DNA of 64,000 bases, from the NCBI RefSeq assembly GCF_054482525.1, contig NZ_CM137006.1. One strand, given 5' to 3'. This document shows positions 56,719 through 64,000 of this stretch, piece after piece (within the stretch, counting starts at the first letter, position 1; every line of letters starts with the position of its first letter). The notes beneath the pieces are model-generated. The model made no database searches and was not told where the DNA came from. It worked only from the letters and a program-made list of their open reading frames with translations. The position numbers and the translations under genes are program-made.

Positions 56719-57624
56719 TTACATCTCCTGCGGTACAACCGATTTCGCCAGCAACCATTCACGAAATTGCTGCAAGTGCGGTGAGTCAGACTTCTCTTCC
56801 TGCCACGTCATAATAAAACGATTACCGGTACGAATAGGCACATCACAGGGAATCACCATATCGCCACTATCCAAATCATGTTGAATAGCGAACCGTGGTA
56901 ACAGCGCCACGCCGAGATTAGAGCGCACGGCGGCAATCAGCATTGAAAGCAAATCGAAACGTGGTCCGTTGTTGACCAGCGGACTGCTAACGCCAGATAA
57001 GGCAAACCACTCTTCCCAGCCAGTAATACGGGTACTTTGATGCAGAAGTGGTAACTCTGTAAGCAGTTCTGCCACTGACAGTTTTTGATCGGACATTGCA
57101 AGCAAACTGCCGCTGCATACCGGCAAAATCTCCTCTTCAAAGAGATATTCTACTTCCGCCCAGGGCGCGCAAAAATTTTCGCGCATAATGACAGCATCGT
57201 ACTCCCGATTAAGAAAATCGCCGTTATTAGCTAAAGAGTGAATATTAACAATAATATCGGGATGTAACTTTGTGAATTCATGTAAATTTGGGATTAACCA
57301 GTGGGTACTAAACGTAGGATTCACGGCAAGTTCAATAACCTTAACTGTAGGTTGCCAGGTCATAATGGTATTGGTATCGCGTTCCAGCTTATTTAATGTT
57401 TCTTTTACTATCCCCAGGTAATACTTCCCTGCATCATTAAGAAAAATACGTTTTTTAGAGTGTGAAAATAACGGAGTATGTAAAAATTCCTCCAGCGCAC
57501 TCACTTGTCTGAATACTGCACTTTGGGTTAACGCTAACTCCTCTGCCGCTCTGGTATAACTTTCATGACGTGCGACGACCTCAAAAGTCACCAGCAGTTC
57601 CGTTTTAGGTATTTTTCCTCGCAT
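56719..57624 (-). CDS. LysR-type transcriptional regulator
   Basis: 301 aa; N-terminal HTH ...FEVVARHESYTRAAEELALTQSAVFRQVSALEEFL, C-terminal periplasmic-binding-protein-like effector domain. Confidence 0.85.
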   Translation of the reverse strand: MRGKIPKTELLVTFEVVARHESYTRAAEELALTQSAVFRQVSALEEFLHTPLFSHSKKRIFLNDAGKYYLGIVKETLNKLERDTNTIMTWQPTVKVIELAVNPTFSTHWLIPNLHEFTKLHPDIIVNIHSLANNGDFLNREYDAVIMRENFCAPWAEVEYLFEEEILPVCSGSLLAMSDQKLSVAELLTELPLLHQSTRITGWEEWFALSGVSSPLVNNGPRFDLLSMLIAAVRSNLGVALLPRFAIQHDLDSGDMVIPCDVPIRTGNRFIMTWQEEKSDSPHLQQFREWLLAKSVVPQEM

Positions 57625-58190
57625 AATGCCGTCCCTTAAAAATAGTTTAAACCATCAAAAATACATTACTTATTACGAAGTAATGGTAACCAAAGCAGCA
57701 ATAAATAATTTATAAGAATCATGATTGACATTTATAACCCAGTAAGCCTGGCGTGACAAATATCTTAATCAGATAATAATAATCCGAAAAGCACAGCGCC
57801 TTTCGAATTATCCGGAATCACATTAAGTGAAAATTATTAAATTGATATCATTTATCATATCTGTGGATATTATGATAAACAATCAACAAAGATTTTATTT
57901 TTGATTTATAGCATATCCCTCTAAGAATTTTTGCGATGCTGCAATATCCGGGGTAAAGACCCGATCCTGGCTGACAAATGGCACGACTTGACGATAAGCG
58001 GTGAACATCGCTTTTGTTGATTTACTTAACGCTACGGTCAAACGCTGGGAAGCCAGTGCATCAGGTAACGATTCGAAATTCGCCGTCGTTCTTATTCGTG
58101 GCTTGCGGTCGGTTGCGGCAATCCACAGTGGCTGTGGTCATGCAGTCAAGCCAGCGGTCAGATTTCGACCGTGGTTAACATTTAAGGCAT

Positions 58191-58214
58191 AAAAAAGGCC
58201 ATCATACGATGGCC
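58191..58214 (-). terminator. Rho-independent terminator of sucABCD
   Basis: On minus strand ggccatcgtatgatggcc hairpin followed by tttttt. Confidence 0.8.
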
Positions 58215-58289
58215 AACCATGTCGAAACCGACAGCCCTTCGCCATTCCTGTAGAGGGAAGCGGCGAGGGCTATTTCTTATTACAGATAT
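58191..58289 (-). ncRNA. sdhX: Putative 3-prime-UTR-derived sRNA SdhX (RybD) of the sdh-suc operon
   Basis: ~100 nt between sucD stop and the terminator hairpin; in E. coli this 3-prime UTR gives rise to SdhX; boundaries approximate. Confidence 0.5.
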
Positions 58290-59159
58290 TTATTTCAGAA
58301 CAGTTTTCAGTGCTTCACCGATATCCGCCAGGCTGCGAACGGTTTTCACGCCTGCGGCTTCCAGAGCAGCGAATTTCTCATCCGCAGTCCCTTTCCCACC
58401 GGCAATGATGGCACCCGCGTGGCCCATACGTTTGCCTTTCGGCGCAGTCACACCAGCGATGTAACCCACAACAGGCTTGGTAACGTGCTCTTTGATGTAC
58501 GCAGCCGCTTCTTCTTCAGCGCTACCGCCGATCTCACCGATCATCACGATCGCTTCGGTCTGCGGATCTTTTTCGAACATTTCGAGGATGTCGATAAAGT
58601 TAGAGCCAGGGATCGGGTCGCCGCCGATACCAACACAGGTCGACTGACCGAAACCGTAATCCGTGGTCTGTTTAACCGCTTCATAGGTCAGTGTACCGGA
58701 ACGGGAAACGATACCCACTTTACCCGGTTTGTGAATGTGACCAGGCTGGATACCGATTTTGCATTCACCCGGAGTGATAACGCCTGGGCAGTTCGGGCCG
58801 ATCATGCGAACGCCCGCTTCATCCAGTTTCACCTTCACGGTCAGCATATCCAGCGTCGGGATGCCTTCAGTGATGGTGATAATCAGTTTGATGCCTGCAT
58901 CAATAGCTTCCAGAATGGAGTCTTTGCAGAACGGTGCTGGTACGTAGATAACAGAAGCGGTAGCGCCAGTAGCAGCAACAGCTTCACGCACGGTGTTGAA
59001 CACCGGCAGGCCGAGGTGGGTGGTGCCGCCTTTACCTGGGGTTACGCCGCCAACCATTTTAGTGCCGTATGCAATGGCCTGTTCTGAGTGGAAAGTCCCC
59101 TGGCTACCGGTAAAGCCCTGGCAGATAACCTTGGTGTTTTTATCAATTAAAATGGACAT
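58290..59159 (-). CDS. sucD: Succinyl-CoA synthetase alpha subunit
   Basis: 289 aa [45 protein letters not shown]. Confidence 0.96.
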
Positions 59160-60325
59160 TATTTCCCCTCCACTGCGGCAACAACCTGCTGAGCTGCATC
59201 CGTCAGACCTTTTGCTGCAATAATATTCAGGCCGCTGTCAGCCAGTTTCTTCGCGCCGAGTTCGGCGTTGTTACCTTCCAGACGTACCACGACCGGTACG
59301 TTAACACCCACTTCCGCTACCGCGCCGATGATACCGTCAGCGATCAGGTCGCAACGAACGATACCGCCGAAGATGTTAACCAGAACGGCTTTCACTTTGT
59401 CGTCAGAGAGGATGATTTTGAACGCTTCGGTTACACGTTCTTTGGTTGCGCCGCCGCCAACGTCAAGGAAGTTAGCTGGTTCGCCGCCGTGCAGTTTAAC
59501 GATGTCCATCGTACCCATCGCCAGACCTGCGCCGTTAACCATACAACCGATGTTACCGTCCAGCGCAACGTAGTTCAGTTCCCACTGTGCAGCCTGTGCT
59601 TCACGTGGATCTTCCTGCGACTGGTCACGCATTTCGCGCAGATCAGGCTGGCGGAACAGTGCGTTGCCATCAGCGCCCAGTTTGCCGTCGAGGCAAATCA
59701 GATCGCCCTGTTTGGTGATGACCAGTGGGTTGATTTCGATCAGCGCCAGGTCGCGCTCCAGGAAAATGGTCGCCAGGCCCATGAAGATTTTGGTGAACTG
59801 CTGAACCAGTTTACCTTCCAGACCCAGTTTGAACGCCAGCTCGCGTCCCTGATACGGCATCGGGCCAGTCAGCGGATCAAGCGCAACTTTATGGATCAGG
59901 TGCGGAGTTTCTTCCGCCACTTTTTCGATTTCCACGCCGCCTTCGGTGGAGGCCATAAAGACCACACGACGGGAACTACGGTCAACAACGGCACCGAGAT
60001 ACAGCTCTTTAGCGATATCGGTCGCTGCTTCAACCAGAATCTGGTTAACCGGTTGGCCATTGGCATCTGTTTGATACGTTACCAGACGCTTGCCCAGCCA
60101 GTTTTCTGCAAAAGCACGGATGTCTTCTTTGCTGTTTACCACTTTCACACCGCCCGCTTTACCGCGGCCACCAGCGTGAACCTGACATTTCACTACCCAC
60201 GGACCGGCACCGATTTTTGAAGCGGCTTCTTCTGCTTCGCGCGGAGTAGTACAGGCATAACCCACCGGTGCTGGTAAGCCATAGCGGGCAAAAAGTTGTT
60301 TTGCCTGATATTCATGTAAGTTCAT
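59159..60325 (-). CDS. sucC: Succinyl-CoA synthetase beta subunit
   Basis: 388 aa [60 protein letters not shown]. Confidence 0.96.
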
Positions 60326-60418
60326 GTGTTCTGTCCATCCTTCAGTAATCGTTATCTTTTAAACCGTAGACCGACACCCTATCCACGTCGGTCTACAGTG
60401 CAGGTGAAGCTTAAACTA

Positions 60419-61636
60419 CTACACGTCCAGCAGCAGACGAGTCGGATCTTCCAGCAACTCTTTGATCGTTACCAGGAAGCCCACGGATTCGCGACCATCG
60501 ATCAGACGGTGATCGTAGGACAGCGCCAGGTACATCATCGGCAGGATCTCAACCTGACCATTCACCGCCATCGGACGATCTTTGATAGCGTGCATACCCA
60601 GAATTGCGCTCTGCGGCGGGTTGATGATCGGCGTAGACATCAGGGAACCGAACACACCACCATTGGTGATGGTGAAGTTACCACCGGTCAGATCTTCAAC
60701 CGTCAGCTTGCCGTCACGGCCTTTAACTGCCAGCTCTTTGATTTTCTTCTCGATGTCTGCCATGCCTAGGGTATCGACATCACGCAGTACCGGCGTCACC
60801 AAGCCGCGCGGCGTAGAAACCGCCATGCTGACGTCGAAATAGTTGTGGTAAACCACATCATCGCCGTCGATAGAAGCATTCACTTCAGGGTAACGTTTCA
60901 GGGCTTCAACCACCGCTTTCACGTAGAAGGACATAAAGCCCAGACGGATGCCGTGGCGTTTTTCAAACGCTTCACCGTACTGCTTACGCAGATCCATAAT
61001 CGGCTTCATATTGACTTCGTTGAACGTGGTCAGCATGGCGGTGGAGTTTTTCGCTTCCAGCAGACGCTCTGCCACACGCTTACGCAGGCGAGTCATCGGG
61101 ACACGTTTTTCGCTACGTGCAGCCAGAGCCGGTTGCGCCGCCGGAGCAGCCGCTGCCGGAGCAGACTCTTTCGCCGGGGCTTTCGCCAGATGTTTTTCCA
61201 CATCTTCACGAGTCAGACGACCACCCACACCGGTGCCTTTAATGGCGCTGGCGTCGAGGTTGTGTTCAGCCAAGAGTCGGCGGATCGCCGGGCTTAACGC
61301 ATCGTTGTTTTGCTCTTCCAGAGACGCCTGCTGGCGTTGCGCCGGAGTGGACGCTTTCTCTTCAGATTTGGCGCTGGTTTCTTTACCCGCGCTGTTGCCT
61401 TCACGCAGGCGACCAAGGATCTGACGAGACGTTACCGTTGTACCTTCATCTTCCAGAACCGCATCCAGAATGCCGTCTGCTGATGCCGGTACTTCCAGTA
61501 CCACTTTGTCAGTTTCGATTTCTACCAGCACTTCATCACGTACGACTGCGTCGCCGGGTTTTTTATGCCAGGTTGCGACGGTGGCATCGGCTACGGATTC
61601 AGGCAGGTCAGGGACCAGAATATCTACGCTACTCAT
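60419..61636 (-). CDS. sucB: 2-oxoglutarate dehydrogenase E2 (dihydrolipoyl succinyltransferase)
   Basis: 405 aa [29 protein letters not shown] (lipoyl domain), Ala/Pro linker, catalytic domain. Confidence 0.96.
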
Positions 61637-61650
61637 TGTGTATCCTTTAT

Positions 61651-64000
61651 TTATTCGACGTTCAGCGCGTCATTAACCAGATCTTGTTGCTGTTTCTGGT
61701 GAACGGACATATACCCTACCGCCGGAGAGGCGGAGGCCGGGCGGCCTGCATAACGCAGAGAAGCCCCAAACGGAATCACTTCACGGAAATGATGCTGGCT
61801 GCAGTACCATGCGCCCTGGTTGAGCGGCTCTTCCTGGCACCAGACAAAATCCTTGACGTGAGCAAACTGCTGCAACACTTCCTGCATCGCTTTATGCGGG
61901 AACGGGTAGAGTTGCTCGATACGCACAATGGCGACATCGTGTTGATTGTTCTTACGACGTTGTTCCAGCAGGTCGTAATAAACCTTACCAGAACACATCA
62001 CTACACGCTTAACGCCCTTCGGATCAAGCTCGTCGATTTCACCGATGGCTGGCAGGAAGGTGCCGTTCGCCAGTTCTTCGAGGCTGGAAACCGCCAGCGG
62101 ATGACGCAGCAGGGATTTCGGCGACATCACGACCAGCGGACGACGCATCCCGCGCAGCGCCTGACGACGCAGCATGTGGTAAACCTGTGCCGGGGTAGAC
62201 GGTACGCACACCTGCATGTTTTGCTCAGCGCAAAGTTGCAGATAACGTTCCAGACGCGCGGAGGAGTGCTCCGGTCCCTGCCCTTCGTAACCGTGCGGCA
62301 GCAACATCACCAGACCACACATCCGGCCCCATTTCTGCTCGCCAGAGGAGATGAACTGGTCGATAACCACCTGAGCACCGTTAGCGAAGTCACCGAACTG
62401 TGCTTCCCAGATAGTCAGAGTGCGTGGTTCTGCGGTGGCATAACCGTATTCAAACGCCAGCACTGCTTCTTCAGACAGTACGGAGTCCCAGACACGGAAC
62501 GCGCCCTGACCGTTATGGATGTGCTGCAGCGGCGTGTAAGTGGAACCGTTAGACTGGTTGTGGATCACCGCGTGGCGGTGGAAGAAGGTACCGCGACCGG
62601 AGTCTTCACCCGACAGGCGAACCGGAATGCCTTCGTCAACCAGCGTGGCGTAAGCGAGGTTTTCCGCGCCGCCCCAGTCGAACAGTTTCTCACCAGCTGC
62701 CATCGCCTGGCGATCGCCATAAATCTTGGCAACGCGAGACTGCATTTCAACTGCTTCCGGCACCGTGCTGATGCGTTTAGCCAGTTCCTGCAGGCGCTTC
62801 ATCTCAACTTTGTTCGGGTACTCTTCGTCCCATTCGTGGTTGAGGTACGGCGACCAGGTGAAAGAGTGCATGTTCATCGGACGCCACTCTGTTACCACGC
62901 AATCGCCAGCATCCAGCGCATCGCGGTACAGGTTAACCATCTCAGTGGCATCTTCCAGCGTCGCGACTTTTTCCTGCTCCAGCTTGTCAGCGTAGATTTT
63001 GCGCGGCGTTGGATGTTTTTTGATTTTCTGATACATCAGCGGCTGGGTTGCGCTCGGCTCGTCGGCTTCGTTGTGGCCGTGACGGCGGTAGCACACCAGA
63101 TCGATGAAGACATCACGTTTAAAGGTGTTACGGAAATCGAGCGCCAGACGGGTCACAAAAGCAACGGCTTCCGGATCATCCGCGTTTACGTGGAAAATCG
63201 GTGCCTGAACCATCTTACCGATATCAGTACAGTACGGCGTAGAACGGGCATCCAGCGGATTAGAGGTGGTGAAGCCAACCTGGTTGTTGATAACGATACG
63301 TACCGTACCGCCAACTTCATAACCACGCGCTTTCGACATGTTCAGAGTTTCCTGAACCACGCCCTGCCCGGTCACTGCGGCGTCACCATGAATGGTGATT
63401 GGCAGCACTTTGTTGCTGCTCGGCTCATCAAGTCTGTCCAGACGGGCACGAACAGAACCGATAACTACCGGGCTGACAATCTCAAGGTGAGACGGGTTAA
63501 ACGCCAGCGCCAGGTGCACCAGGCCGCCATCGGTCTGGAAGTCAGACGAGAAGCCCATGTGGTATTTCACGTCGCCCGTGCCGAGGTGTTCTTTATGTTT
63601 ACCGGCAAACTCGTCGAACAAGTCTTGCGGTTTTTTACCCAGCACGTTCACCAGCACGTTCAGACGACCACGGTGCGCCATCCCGAGAACCACTTCGCGG
63701 GTGCCGCTGTTGCCAGCGTGGCGGATCATCTCTTTAAGCATCGGGATTAACGCGTCACCGCCTTCCAGCGAGAAGCGTTTTGCGCCAGGGAATTTTGCGC
63801 CGAGGTAACGTTCAAGGCCTTCAGCGGCGGTCAGTTCGCTTAAGAAGCGTTTTTTCTCTTCGCTATTGAAAGTCGCGCGACCAGACTCGATACGCTGTTG
63901 GATCCAGCGTTTTTCTTCGGTGCTGGTGATGTGCATATACTCGGCACCAATCGGGCCGCAGTAGGTTTGCTTGAGGGCTTCCAGCAGCTCGCCGAGTTTC
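61651..64000 (-). CDS. sucA: 2-oxoglutarate dehydrogenase E1 component, C-terminal ~780 aa (5-prime end beyond window)
   Basis: Minus-strand frame open to window end; ...[49 protein letters not shown]... matches SucA. Confidence 0.95.
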   Translation of the reverse strand, partial: KLGELLEALKQTYCGPIGAEYMHITSTEEKRWIQQRIESGRATFNSEEKKRFLSELTAAEGLERYLGAKFPGAKRFSLEGGDALIPMLKEMIRHAGNSGTREVVLGMAHRGRLNVLVNVLGKKPQDLFDEFAGKHKEHLGTGDVKYHMGFSSDFQTDGGLVHLALAFNPSHLEIVSPVVIGSVRARLDRLDEPSSNKVLPITIHGDAAVTGQGVVQETLNMSKARGYEVGGTVRIVINNQVGFTTSNPLDARSTPYCTDIGKMVQAPIFHVNADDPEAVAFVTRLALDFRNTFKRDVFIDLVCYRRHGHNEADEPSATQPLMYQKIKKHPTPRKIYADKLEQEKVATLEDATEMVNLYRDALDAGDCVVTEWRPMNMHSFTWSPYLNHEWDEEYPNKVEMKRLQELAKRISTVPEAVEMQSRVAKIYGDRQAMAAGEKLFDWGGAENLAYATLVDEGIPVRLSGEDSGRGTFFHRHAVIHNQSNGSTYTPLQHIHNGQGAFRVWDSVLSEEAVLAFEYGYATAEPRTLTIWEAQFGDFANGAQVVIDQFISSGEQKWGRMCGLVMLLPHGYEGQGPEHSSARLERYLQLCAEQNMQVCVPSTPAQVYHMLRRQALRGMRRPLVVMSPKSLLRHPLAVSSLEELANGTFLPAIGEIDELDPKGVKRVVMCSGKVYYDLLEQRRKNNQHDVAIVRIEQLYPFPHKAMQEVLQQFAHVKDFVWCQEEPLNQGAWYCSQHHFREVIPFGASLRYAGRPASASPAVGYMSVHQKQQQDLVNDALNVE

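Noticed and set aside
56432-56884. 150-aa plus-strand ORF
   Set aside because: Spans the IS200 end and the 3-prime end of the LysR gene on the opposite strand; chimeric across an insertion junction
61438-63750. 770-aa plus-strand ORF
   Set aside because: Lies entirely antisense to sucA, whose minus-strand product is unmistakably 2-oxoglutarate dehydrogenase E1; long stop-free antisense frames are common in GC-rich, codon-biased genes

Overview
This window is a contiguous stretch of Escherichia coli chromosome, recognisable by gene content and order as the uvrB-bio-ybh-mod-gal-aroG-nadA-lysT tRNA operon-tol/pal-cyd-suc region, in reverse orientation relative to the usual K-12 map. Almost all of it is core genome with intact, normal-length genes: bioDCFB/bioA with the bio operator, ybhB/C/J/I/H/D, pgl, ybhA, modCBA, acrZ, modEF, galETKM, gpmA, aroG, ybgS, zitB, pnuC, nadA, five tRNA-Lys and two tRNA-Val, cpoB-pal-tolBARQ-ybgC, ybgE-cydXBA and sucDCBA. 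Three things are not ordinary core. (1) Between the cydA control region and sucD, where K-12 carries mngR-mngA-mngB, there is a ~14 kb accessory segment. It encodes a coenzyme-B12-dependent glutamate mutase (S, L and E components), methylaspartate ammonia-lyase, a tightly coupled pair of uncharacterised proteins, a glutamate/dicarboxylate-type symporter, a class I fumarase-like hydratase (mesaconase FumD type), a second cob(I)alamin adenosyltransferase and a LysR-type regulator. This is the methylaspartate route of glutamate catabolism, which I recall as described for E. coli O157:H7, so the pathway itself is not new. (2) At the cydA-proximal edge of that segment sit two strongly AT-rich ORFs (314 and 140 aa) that I cannot assign to any family; this is the least explained part of the window. 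(3) Two 713-bp copies of an IS200-family element, identical by eye, lie in direct orientation 36 kb apart: one between acrZ and the modA promoter, one exactly at the stop codon of the adenosyltransferase gene. Other elements noted: REP/BIME clusters, one ERIC element, truncated tRNA-Lys 3-prime fragments in the tRNA operon spacers, and known regulatory sites (LexA, BirA, ModE, GalR/CRP, TyrR, FNR). All calls rest on reading the sequence and remembered protein families; no database search was run.
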